From assembly GCF_009914755.1 (NCBI RefSeq), contig NC_060944.1: DNA of 64,000 nt. One strand, given 5' to 3'. Both the position numbers and the translations under genes were made by a program. Below the pieces are notes generated by a model. That model did not search any database. It was not told the origin of the DNA and saw only the letters and a list, made by a program, of their open reading frames with translations. Below are positions 10,937-24,000 of this stretch, in pieces (position 1 is the first letter of the stretch; each line of letters opens with the position of its first letter). Origin of the DNA: the human T2T-CHM13v2.0 reference genome, Homo sapiens.

Positions 10937-13656
10937 CATTCTCAGAAACTTATTTGTGATGTGTTTGCTCAACTAACAGGATTGAACCATCGTTTTGAAG
11001 GAGCAGTTTTGAAACACTGTTTTCGTGGAATCTGCAAGTGGATATTTGGCTAGCTTTGAGGATTTCGTTGGAAACGGGATTACATATAAAAAGGAGACAG
11101 CAGCATTCTCAGAAACTTCTTTGTGATGTCTGCATTCAATTCACAGAGTTGAGCATTCCCTTTCATAGAGCAGGTTGGAAACACTCTTTTTGTAGTATCT
11201 GGATGAGGACATTTGGAGCGCTTTCAGGCGTATGGTGAAAAAGGAAATATCTTCCCGTAAAAACTAGACAGAAGCATTCTCAGAAGTTTATTTGTGATGT
11301 GTGCCCTCAACTAACAGAGTTGAACCTTTCTTTTGATAGAGCAGTTTTGAAACACTCTTTTTGTAAAATCTGCAAGAGGATATTTGGATAGCTTTGAGGA
11401 TTTCGTTGCAAACGGGAATGGCTTCATATAAACTCTAGACAGAAGCATTCTCAGAAACTTCGTTGGGATGTTTCGATTGAAGTCCCAGTGTTGAACATTC
11501 CCTTTTATAGAGCAGGTTGGAAACACTCTTTCTGCATTCCCTGGAAGTGGACATTTGGAGCGCTTTCAGGACGACGGTGAAAATGGAAATATCTTCCAAG
11601 AAAATCTAGATAGAAGCAACGTCAGAAACTTTTATGTGATGGATCTACTCAGCTAACAGAGTTGAACCTTTCTTTTGAGAGAGCAGTTTTGCAACACTCT
11701 TTTTGTGGAATATGCAAGTGGATATTAGGGCAGCTTTGAGGATTTCGTTGGAAACGGGAATTCATGTAAAAAGCAGACAGCAGCATTCTCAGAAACTTCT
11801 TTGTGATGTTTGCATTGAAGTCACAGAGTTGAACATTCCCTTTGAGAGAGCAGGTTTGAAACACGCCTTTTGTCATATCTGGAAGTGTCCATTCGGAGCG
11901 CATTCAGGCTTGTGTTGAAAAAGGAAATATCCTCCCATAAAAACTAGACAGAAGCATTCTCAGAAACTTATCTGTGATGTATGTACTCAACTAACAGAAC
12001 TAAACCATCGTTTTGAAGGAGCAGTTTTGAAACACTCTTTTTGCGGAATCTGCAAGTGCATATTTGGCTAGCTGGGAGGATTTCGTTGGAAACGGGATTA
12101 CATACAAAAAGCAGACAGCAGCATTCTCAGAAACTTCTTTGTGATGTTTGCATTCAAGTCACAGAGTTGAACATTCCCTTTCATAGAGCAGGTTTGAAAC
12201 ACTCTTTTTGTAGTATCTGGATGTGGACATTTGGATCGCTTTCAGGCCTATGGTGAAAAAGGAAATATCTTCCCATGAAGACTAGACAGAAGCATTCTCA
12301 GAAACTTATTTGTGATGTGTGCCCTCAACTGACAGTGTTGAACCTTTGTTTTGATAGAGCAGTTCTGAAACACACTTTTTGTAAAATCTGCAAGAGGATA
12401 TTTGGATAGCTTTGAGGATTTCGTTGGAAACGGGAATGTCTTCATGTAAACTCTGGACAGAAGCATTCTCAGAAACTGCTTTGGGATGTTTCAATTGAAG
12501 TCCCAGTGTTGAACATTCCCTCTCATAGAGCAGGTTTGAAACACTCTTTTTGTACTATCTGGAAGTGGACATTTGGAGCGCTTTCAGGTCTACGGTGAAA
12601 AAGGAGATATCTTCCAATAAAAACTAGATAGAAGCAATGTCAGAACTTTTTTCATGATGTATCTACTCAGCAAACAGAGTTGAACCTTTCTTTTGAGAGA
12701 GCAGTTTTGAAACACTCTTTTTGTGGAATATGCAAGTGGGTATTAGGCCAGCTTGGAGGATTTCGTTGGAAACGGGAATACGTATAAAAAGCAGACAGCA
12801 GCATTGTCAGAAACTACTTTGTGATGTTTGCATTCAAGTCACAGAATTGAACACTCCCTTTCACAGAGCAGGTTTGAAACACTCTTTTTGTAGTGTCTGT
12901 AAGTGAACATTTGGATTGCTTTCAGGCCTAAGGTGAAAAAGGAAATATCTTCCCATAAAAACTAGACAGAAGCATTCTCAGAAACTTGTTTGTGATGTGT
13001 GCCCTCTACTGACAGAGTTGAACCTTTCTTTGCAAAGAGCAGTTTTGAAACACTCTTTTTGTAGAATCTGCAAGAGGATATTTGGATAGCTTTGAGGATT
13101 TCTTGGGAAACGGGAATGTCTTCAGATAAACTCTAGACAGAAGCATTCTCAGAAACTTCTTTGGGATGTTTCAATTGAAGTCACAGTGTTGAACATTCCC
13201 TTTCACAGAGCAGGTTTGAAACACTCTTTTTGTAGTGTCTATAAGTGAACATTTGGCGTGCTTTCAGGCCTAACGTGAAAAAGGAAATATCTTCCCATAA
13301 AAACTAGACAGAAGCATTCTCAGAAACTTGTTCGTGATGTGTGTCCTCTAACTGACAGAGTTGAACCTTTCTTTGCAAAGAGCAGCTTTGAAACACACTT
13401 TTTGTAGAATCTGCAAGAGGATATTTGGATAGCTTGGAGGATTTCGTTGGAAACGGGTATGTCTTCAGATAAACTCTAGACAGAAGCATTCTCAGAAACT
13501 TCTTTGAGATGTTGCATTCAAGTCACAGAGTAGAACATTCCCATTCATAGAGCAGATTTGAAACACTCTTTTTGTAGTATCTGGAAGTGGACATTTGGAG
13601 CGCTTTCAGGCCTATGTTGAAAAAGGAAATATCTTCCCATAAAAACTAGACGGAAG
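10937..13656 (+). repeat. 2,720-bp HOR (HOR5) with 1-bp insertion in m15
   Basis: CCTCTAACTGAC at ~13350 versus canonical CCTCTACTGAC. ORF spacing 11038 to 13758 is 2,720. Confidence 0.9.
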
Positions 13657-15012
13657 CATTCTCAGAAACTTATTTGTGATGTGTTTGCTCAACTAACAGG
13701 ATTGAACCATCGTTTTGAAGGAGCAGTTTTGAAACACTGTTTTCGTGGAATCTGCAAGTGGATATTTGGCTAGCTTTGAGGATTTCGTTGGAAACGGGAT
13801 TACATATAAAAAGGAGACAGCAGCATTCTCAGAAACTTCTTTGTGATGTCTGCATTCAATTCACAGAGTTGAGCATTCCCTTTCATAGAGCAGGTTGGAA
13901 ACACTCTTTTTGTAGTATCTGGATGAGGACATTTGGAGCGCTTTCAGGCGTATGGTGAAAAAGGAAATATCTTCCCGTAAAAACTAGACAGAAGCATTCT
14001 CAGAAGTTTATTTGTGATGTGTGCCCTCAACTAACAGAGTTGAACCTTTCTTTTGATAGAGCAGTTTTGAAACACTCTTTTTGTAAAATCTGCAAGAGGA
14101 TATTTGGATAGCTTTGAGGATTTCGTTGCAAACGGGAATGGCTTCATATAAACTCTAGACAGAAGCATTCTCAGAAACTTCGTTGGGATGTTTCGATTGA
14201 AGTCCCAGTGTTGAACATTCCCTTTTATAGAGCAGGTTGGAAACACTCTTTCTGCATTCCCTGGAAGTGGACATTTGGAGCGCTTTCAGGACGACGGTGA
14301 AAATGGAAATATCTTCCAAGAAAATCTAGATAGAAGCAATGTCAGAAACTTTTATGTGATGGATCTACTCAGCTAACAGAGTTGAACCTTTCTTTTGAGA
14401 GAGCAGTTTTGCAACACTCTTTTTGTGGAATATGCAAGTGGATATTAGGGCAGCTTTGAGGATTTCGTTGGAAACGGGAATACATGTAAAAAGCAGACAG
14501 CAGCATTCTCAGAAACTTCTTTGTGATGTTTGCATTGAAGTCACAGAGTTGAACATTCCCTTTGAGAGAGCAGGTTTGAAACACGCCTTTTGTCATATCT
14601 GGAATTGTCCATTCGGAGCGCATTCAGGCTTGTGTTGAAAAAGGAAATATCCTCCCAGAAAAACTAGACAGAAGCATTCTCAGAAACTTATGTGTGATGT
14701 ATGTACTCAACTAACAGAACTAAACCATCGTTTTGAAGGAGCAGTTTTGAAACACTCTTTTTGCGGAATCTGCAAGTGGATATTTGGCTAGCTGGGAGGA
14801 TTTCGTTGGAAACGGGATTACATACAAAAAGCAGAGAGCAGCATTCTCAGAAACTTCTTTGTGATGTTTGCATTCAAGTCACAGAGTTGAACATTCCCTT
14901 TCATAGAGCAGGTTTGAAACACTCTTTTTGTAGTATCTGGAAGTGGACATTTGGAGCGCTTTCAGGCCTATGTTGAAAAAGGAAATATCTTCCCATAAAA
15001 ACTAGACGGAAG
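13657..15012 (+). repeat. 8-mer HOR structural variant (m1-m7 + m8/m16 hybrid), 1,356 bp
   Basis: ORF spacing 13758 to 15114 is 1,356. The monomer at 14842 has an m8 5' part and an m16 3' part (CTGGAAGTGG...GGAGCGC...CCTATGTTG...AGACGGAAG). Confidence 0.95.
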
Positions 15013-18000
15013 CATTCTCAGAAACTTATTTGTGATGTGTTTGCTCAACTAACAGGATTGAACCATCGTTTTGAAGGAGCAGTTTTGAAACACTGTTTTC
15101 GTGGAATCTGCAAGTGGATATTTGGCTAGCTTTGAGGATTTCGTTGGAAACGGGATTACATATAAAAAGGAGACAGCAGCATTCTCAGAAACTTCTTTGT
15201 GATGTCTGCATTCAATTCACAGAGTTGAGCATTCCCTTTCATAGAGCAGGTTGGAAACACTCTTTTTGTAGTATCTGGATGAGGACATTTGGAGCGCTTT
15301 CAGGCGTATGGTGAAAAAGGAAATATCTTCCCGTAAAAACTAGACAGAAGCATTCTCAGAAGTTTATTTGTGATGTGTGCCCTCAACTAACAGAGTTGAA
15401 CCTTTCTTTTGATAGAGCAGTTTTGAAACACTCTTTTTGTAAAATCTGCAAGAGGATATTTGGATAGTTTTGAGGATTTCGTTGCAAACGGGAATGGCTT
15501 CATATAAACTCTAGACAGAAGCATTCTCAGAAACTTCGTTGGGATGTTTCGATTGAAGTCCCAGTGTTGAACATTCCCTTTTATAGAGCAGGTTGGAAAC
15601 ACTCTTTCTGCATTCCCTGGAAGTGGACATTTGGAGCGCTTTCAGGACGACGGTGAAAATGGAAATATCTTCCAAGAAAATCTAGATAGAAGCAATGTCA
15701 GAAACTTTTATGTGATGGATCTACTCAGCTAACAGAGTTGAACCTTTCTTTTGAGAGAGCAGTTTTGCAACACTCTTTTTGTGGAATATGCAAGTGGATA
15801 TTAGGGCAGCTTTGAGGATTTCGTTGGAAACGGGAATACATGTAAAAAGCAGACAGCAGCATTCTCAGAAACTTCTTTGTGATGTTTGCATTGAAGTCAC
15901 AGAGTTGAACATTCCCTTTGAGAGAGCAGGTTTGAAACACGCCTTTTGTCATATCTGGAAGTGTCCATTCGGAGCGCATTCAGGCTTGTGTTGAAAAAGG
16001 AAATATCCTCCCATAAAAACTAGACAGAAGCATTCTCAGAAACTTATCTGTGATGTATGTACTCAACTAACAGAACTAAACCATCGTTTTGAAGGAGCAG
16101 TTTTGAAACACTCTTTTTGCGGAATCTGCAAGTGGATATTTGGCTAGCTGGGAGGATTTCGTTGGAAACGGGATTACATACAAAAAGCAGAGAGCAGCAT
16201 TCTCAGAAACTTCTTTGTGATGTTTGCATTCAAGTCACAGAGTTGAACATTCCCTTTCATAGAGCAGGTTTGAAACACTCTTTTTGTAGTATCTGGATGT
16301 GGACATTTGGATCGCTTTCAGGCCTATGGTGAAAAAGGAAATATCTTCCCATGAAAACTAGACAGAAGCATTCTCAGAAACTTATTTGTGATGTGTGCCC
16401 TCAACTGACAGTGTTGAACCTTTGTTTTGATAGAGCAGTTCTGAAACACACTTTTTGTAAAATCTGCAAGAGGATATTTGGATAGCTTTGAGGATTTCGT
16501 TCGAAACGGGAATGTCTTCATGTAAACTCTAGACAGAAGCATTCTCAGAAACTGCTTTGGGATGTTTCAATTGAAGTCCCAGTGTTGAACATTCCCTTTC
16601 ATAGAGCAGGTTTGAAACACTCTTTTTGTACTATCTGGAAGTGGACATTTGGAGCGCTTTCAGGTCTACGGTGAAAAAGGAGATATCTTCCAATAAAAAC
16701 TAGATAGAAGCAATGTCAGAACTTTTTTCATGATGTATCTACTCAGCAAACAGAGTTGAACCTTTCTTTTGAGAGAGCAGTTTTGAAACACTCTTTTTGT
16801 GGAATATGCAAGTGGGTATTAGGCCAGCTTGGAGGATTTCGTTGGAAACGGGAATACGTATAAAAAGCAGACAGCAGCATTGTCAGAAACTACTTTGTGA
16901 TGTTTGCATTCAAGTCACAGAATTGAACACTCCCTTTCACAGAGCAGGTTTGAAACACTCTTTTTGTAGTGTCTGTAAGTGAACATTTGGATTGCTTTCA
17001 GGCCTAAGGTGAAAAAGGAAATATCTTCCCATAAAAACTAGACAGAAGCATTCTCAGAAACTTGTTTGTGATGTGTGCCCTCTACTGACAGAGTTGAAGC
17101 TTTCTTTGCAAAGAGCAGTTTTGAAACACTCTTTTTGTAGAATCTGCAAGAGGATATTTGGATAGCTTTGAGGATTTCTTGGGAAACGGGAATGTCTTCA
17201 GATAAACTCTAGACAGAAGCATTCTCAGAAACTTCTTTGGGATGTTTCAATTGAAGTCACAGTGTTGAACATTCCCTTTCACAGAGCAGGTTTGAAACAC
17301 TCTTTTTGTAGTGTCTATAAGTGAACATTTGGCGTGCTTTCAGGCCTAACGTGAAAAAGGAAATATCTTCCCATAAAAACTAGACAGAAGCATTCTCAGA
17401 AACTTGTTCTTGATGTGTCCCCTCTACTGACAGAGTTGAACCTTTCTTTGCAAAGAGCAGCTTTGAAACACTCTTTTTGTAGAATCTGCAAGAGGATATT
17501 TGGATAGCTTGGAGGATTTCGTTGGAAACGGGTATGTCTTCAGATAAACTCTAGACAGAAGCATTCTCAGAAACTTCTTTGGGATGTTGCATTCAAGTCA
17601 CAGAGTAGAACATTCCCATTCATAGAGCAGATTTGAAACACTCTTTTTGTAGTATCTGGAAGTGGACATTTGGAGCGCTTTCAGGCCTATGTTGAAAAAG
17701 GAAATATCTTCCCATAAAAACTAGACGGAAGCATTCTCAGAAACTTATTTGTGATGTGTTTGCTCAACTAACAGGATTGAACCATCGTTTTGAAGGAGCA
17801 GTTTTGAAACACTGTTTTCGTGGAATCTGCAAGTGGATATTTGGCTAGCTTTGAGGATTTCGTTGGAAACGGGATTACATATAAAAAGGAGACAGCAGCA
17901 TTCTCAGAAACTTCTTTGTGATGTCTGCATTCAATTCACAGAGTTGAGCATTCCCTTTCATAGAGCAGGTTGGAAACACTCTTTTTGTAGTATCTGGATG

Positions 18001-21000
18001 AGGACATTTGGAGCGCTTTCAGGCGTATGGTGAAAAAGGAAATATCTTCCCGTAAAAACTAGACAGAAGCATTCTCAGAAGTTTATTTGTGATGTGTGCC
18101 CTCAACTAACAGAGTTGAACCTTTCTTTTGATAGAGCAGTTTTGAAACACTCTTTTTGTAAAATCTGCAAGAGGATATTTGGATAGCTTTGAGGATTTCG
18201 TTGCAAACGGGAATGGCTTCATATAAACTCTAGACAGAAGCATTCTCAGAAACTTCGTTGGGATGTTTCGATTGAAGTCCCAGTGTTGAACATTCCCTTT
18301 TATAGAGCAGGTTGGAAACACTCTTTCTGCATTCCCTGGAAGTGGACATTTGGAGCGCTTTCAGGACGACGGTGAAAATGGAAATATCTTCCAAGAAAAT
18401 CTAGATAGAAGCAATGTCAGAAACTTTTATGTGATGGATCTACTCAGCTAACAGAGTTGAACCTTTCTTTTGAGAGAGCAGTTTTGCAACACTCTTTTTG
18501 TGGAATATGCAAGTGGATATTAGGGCAGCTTTGAGGATTTCGTTGGAAACGGGAATACATGTAAAAAGCAGACAGCAGCATTCTCAGAAACTTCTTTGTG
18601 ATGTTTGCATTGAAGTCACAGAGTTGAACATTCCCTTTGAGAGAGCAGGTTTGAAACACGCCTTTTGTCATATCTGGAAGTGTCCATTCGGAGCGCATTC
18701 AGGCTTGTGTTGAAAAAGGAAATATCCTCCCAGAAAAACTAGACAGAAGCATTCTCAGAAACTTATCTGTGATGTATGTACTCAACTAACAGAACTAAAC
18801 CATCGTTTTGAAGGAGCAGTTTTGAAACACTCATTTTGCGGAATCTGCAAGTGGATATTTGGCTAGCTGGGAGGATTTCGTTGGAAACGGGATTACATAC
18901 AAAAAGCAGACAGCAGCATTCTCAGAAACTTCTTTGTGATGTTTGCATTCAAGTCACAGAGTTGAACATTCCCTTTCATAGAGCAGGTTTGAAACACTCT
19001 TTTTGTAGTGTCTGGATGTGGACATTTGGATCGCTTTCAGGCCTATGGTGAAAAAGGAAATATCTTCCCATGAAAACTAGACAGAAGCATTCTCAGAAAC
19101 TTATTTGTGATGTGTGCCCTCAACTGACAGTGTTGAACCTTTGTTTTGATAGAGCAGTTCTGAAACACACTTTTTGTAAAATCTGCAAGAGGATATTTGG
19201 ATAGCTTTGAGGATTTCGTTCGAAACGGGAATGTCTTCATGTAAACTCTAGACAGAAGCATTCTCAGAAACTGCTTTGGGATGTTTCAATTGAAGTCCCA
19301 GTGTTGAACATTCCCTTTCATAGAGCAGGTTTGAAACACTCTTTTTGTACTATCTGGAAGTGGACATTTGGAGCGCTTTCAGGTCTACGGTGAAAAAGGA
19401 GATATCTTCCAATAAAAACTAGATAGAAGCAATGTCAGAACTTTTTTCATGATGTATCTACTCAGCAAACAGAGTTGAACCTTTCTTTTGAGAGAGCAGT
19501 TTTGAAACACTCTTTTTGTGGAATATGCAAGTGGGTATTAGGCCAGCTTGGAGGATTTCGTTGGAAACGGGAATACGTATAAAAAGCAGACAGCAGCATT
19601 GTCAGAAACTACTTTGTGATGTTTGCATTCAAGTCACAGAATTGAACACTCCCTTTCACAGAGCAGGTTTGAAACACTCTTTTTGTAGTGTCTGTAAGTG
19701 AACATTTGGATTGCTTTCAGGCCTAAGGTGAAAAAGGAAATATCTTCCCATAAAAACTAGACAGAAGCATTCTCAGAAACTTGTTTGTGATGTGTGCCCT
19801 CTACTGACAGAGTTGAACCTTTCTTTGCAAAGAGCAGTTTTGAAACACCCTTTTTGTAGAATCTGCAAGAGGATATTTGGATAGCTTTGAGGATTTCTTG
19901 GGAAACGGGAATGTCTTCAGATAAACTCTAGACAGAAGCATTCTCAGAAACTTCTTTGGGATGTTTCAATTGAAGTCACAGTGTTGAACATTCCCTTTCA
20001 CAGAGCAGGTTTGAAACACTCTTTTTGTAGTGTCTATAAGTGAACATTTGGCGTGCTTTCAGGCGTAACGTGAAAAAGGAAATATCTTCCCATAAAAACT
20101 AGACAGAAGCATTCTCAGAAACTTGTTCGTGATGTGTCCCCTCTACTGACAGAGTTGAACCTTTCTTTGCAAAGAGCAGCTTTGAAACACTCTTTTTGTA
20201 GAATCTGCAAGAGGATATTAGGACAGCTTGGAGGATTTCGTTGGAAACGGGTATGTCTTCAGATAAACTCTAGACAGAAGCATTCTCAGAAACTTCTTTG
20301 GGATGTTGCATTCAAGTCACAGAGTAGAACATTCCCATTCATAGAGCAGATTTGAAACACTCTTTTTGTAGTATCTGGAAGTGGACATTTGGAGCGCTTT
20401 CAGGCCTATGTTGAAAAAGGAAATATCTTCCCATAAAAACTAGACGGAAGCATTCTCAGAAACTTATTTGTGATGTGTTTGCTCAACTAACAGGATTGAA
20501 CCATCGTTTTGAAGGAGCAGTTTTGAAACACTGTTTTCGTGGAATCTGCAAGTGGATATTTGGCTAGCTTTGAGGATTTCGTTGGAAACGGGATTACATA
20601 TAAAAAGGAGACAGCAGCATTCTCAGAAACTTCTTTGTGATGTCTGCATTCAATTCACAGAGTTGAGCATTCCCTTTCATAGAGCAGGTTGGAAACACTC
20701 TTTTTGTAGTATCTGGATGAGGACATTTGGAGCGCTTTCAGGCGTATGGTGAAAAAGGAAATATCTTCCCGTAAAAACTAGACAGAAGCATTCTCAGAAG
20801 TTTATTTGTGATGTGTGCCCTCAACTAACAGAGTTGAACCTTTCTTTTGATAGAGCAGTTTTGAAACACTCTTTTTGTAAAATCTGCAAGAGGATATTTG
20901 GATAGCTTTGAGGATTTCGTTGCAAACGGGAATGGCTTCATATAAACTCTAGACAGAAGCATTCTCAGAAACTTCGTTGGGATGTTTCGATTGAAGTCCC

Positions 21001-24000
21001 AGTGTTGAACACTCCTTTTTATAGAGCAGGTTGGAAACACTCTTTCTGCATTCCCTGGAAGTGGACATTTGGAGCGCTTTCAGGACGACGGTGAAAATGG
21101 AAATATCTTCCAATAAAATCTAGATAGAAGCAACGTCAGAAACTTTTATGTGATGGATCTACTCAGCTAACAGAGTTGAACCTTTCTTTTGAGAGAGCAG
21201 TTTTGCAACACTCTTTTTGTGGAATATGCAAGTGGATATTAGGGCAGCTTTGAGGATTTCGTTGGAAACGGGAATACATGTAAAAAGCAGACAGCAGCAT
21301 TCTCAGAAACTTCTTTGTGATGTTTGCATTGAAGTCACAGAGTTGAACATTCCCTTTGAGAGAGCAGGTTTGAAACACGCCTTTTGTCATATCTGGAAGT
21401 GTCCATTCGGAGCGCATTCAGGCTTGTGTTGAAAAAGGAAATATCCTCCCAGAAAAACTAGACAGAAGCATTCTCAGAAACTTATCTGTGATGTATGTAC
21501 TCAACTAACAGAACTAAACCATCGTTTTGAAGGAGCAGTTTTGAAACACTCTTTTTGCGGAATCTGCAAGTGGATATTTGGCTAGCTGGGAGGATTTCGT
21601 TGGAAACGGGATTACATACAAAAAGCAGACAGCAGCATTCTCAGAAACTTCTTTGTGATGTTTGCATTCAAGTCACAGAGTTGAACATTCCCTTTCATAG
21701 AGCAGGTTTGAAACACTCTTTTTGTAGTATCTGGATGTGGACATTTGGATCGCTTTCAGGCCTATGGTGAAAAAGGAAATATCTTCCCATGAAAACTAGA
21801 CAGAAGCATTCTCAGAAACTTATTTGTGATGTGTGCCCTCAACTGACAGTGTTGAACCTTTGTTTTGATAGAGCAGTTCTGAAACACACTTTTTGTAAAA
21901 TCTGCAAGAGGATATTTGGATAGCTTTGAGGATTTCGTTCGAAACGGGAATGTCTTCATGTAAACTCTAGACAGAAGCATTCTCAGAAACTGCTTTGGGA
22001 TGTTTCAATTGAAGTCCCAGTGTTGAACATTCCCTTTCATAGAGCAGGTTTGAAACACTCTTTTTGTACTATCTGGAAGTGGACATTTGGAGCGCTTTCA
22101 GGTCTATGGTGAAAAAGGAGATATCTTCCAATAAAAACTAGATAGAAGCAATGTCAGAACTTTTTTCATGATGTATCTACTCAGCAAACAGAGTTGAACC
22201 TTTCTTTTGAGAGAGCAGTTTTGAAACACTCTTTTTGTGGAATATACAAGTGGGTATTAGGCCAGCTTGGAGGATTTCGTTGGAAACGGGAATACGTATA
22301 AAAAGCAGACAGCAGCATTGTCAGAAACTACTTTGTGATGTTTGCATTCAAGTCACAGAATTGAACACTCCCTTTCACAGAGCAGGTTTGAAACACTCTT
22401 TTTGTAGTGTCTGTAAGTGAACATTTGGATTGCTTTCAGGCCTAAGGTGAAAAAGGAAATATCTTCCCATAAAAACTAGACAGAAGCATTCTCAGAAACT
22501 TGTTTGTGATGTGTGCCCTCTACTGACAGAGTTGAAGCTTTCTTTGCAAAGAGCAGTTTTGAAACACTCTTTTTGTAGAATCTGCAAGAGGATATTTGGA
22601 TAGCTTTGAGGATTTCTTGGGAAACGGGAATGTCTTCAGATAAACTCTAGACAGAAGCATTCTCAGAAACTTCTTTGGGATGTTTCAATTGAAGTCACAG
22701 TGTTGAACATTCCCTTTCACAGAGCAGGTTTGAAACACTCTTTTTGTAGTGTCTATAAGTGAACATTTGGCGTGCTTTCAGGCCTAACGTGAAAAAGGAA
22801 ATATCTTCCCATAAAAACTAGACAGAAGCATTCTCAGAAACTTGTTCTTGATGTGTCCCCTCTACTGACAGAGTTGAACCTTTCTTTGCAAAGAGCAGCT
22901 TTGAAACACTCTTTTTGTAGAATCTGCAAGAGGATATTTGGATAGCTTGGAGGATTTCGTTGGAAACGGGTATGTCTTCAGATAAACTCTAGACAGAAGC
23001 ATTCTCAGAAACTTCTTTGGGATGTTGCATTCAAGTCACAGAGTAGAACATTCCCATTCATAGAGCAGATTTGAAACACTCTTTTTGTAGTATCTGGAAG
23101 TGGACATTTGGAGCGCTTTCAGGCCTATGTTGAAAAAGGAAATATCTTCCCATAAAAACTAGACGGAAGCATTCTCAGAAACTTATTTGTGATGTGTTTG
23201 CTCAACTAACAGGATTGAACCATCGTTTTGAAGGAGCAGTTTTGAAACACTGTTTTCGTGGAATCTGCAAGTGGATATTTGGCTAGCTTTGAGGATTTCG
23301 TTGGAAACGGGATTACATATAAAAAGGAGACAGCAGCATTCTCAGAAACTTCTTTGTGATGTCTGCATTCAATTCACAGAGTTGAGCATTCCCTTTCATA
23401 GAGCAGGTTGGAAACACTCTTTTTGTAGTATCTGGATGAGGACATTTGGAGCGCTTTCAGGCGTATGGTGAAAAAGGAAATATCTTCCCGTAAAAACTAG
23501 ACAGAAGCATTCTCAGAAGTTTATTTGTGATGTGTGCCCTCAACTAACAGAGTCGAACCTTTCTTTTGATAGAGCAGTTTTGAAACACTCTTTTTGTAAA
23601 ATCTGCAAGAGGATATTTGGATAGCTTTGAGGATTTCGTTGCAAACGGGAATGGCTTCATATAAACTCTAGACAGAAGCATTCTCAGAAACTTCGTTGGG
23701 ATGTTTCGATTGAAGTCCCAGTGTTGAACATTCCCTTTTATAGAGCAGGTTGGAAACACTCTTTCTGCATTCCCTGGAAGTGGACATTTGGAGCGCTTTC
23801 AGGACGACGGTGAAAATGGAAATATCTTCCAAGAAAATCTAGATAGAAGCAATGTCAGAAACTTTTATGTGATGGATCTACTCAGCTAACAGAGTTGAAC
23901 CTTTCTTTTGAGAGAGCAGTTTTGCAACACTCTTTTTGTGGAATATGCAAGTGGATATTAGGGCAGCTTTGAGGATTTCGTTGGAAACGGGAATACATGT

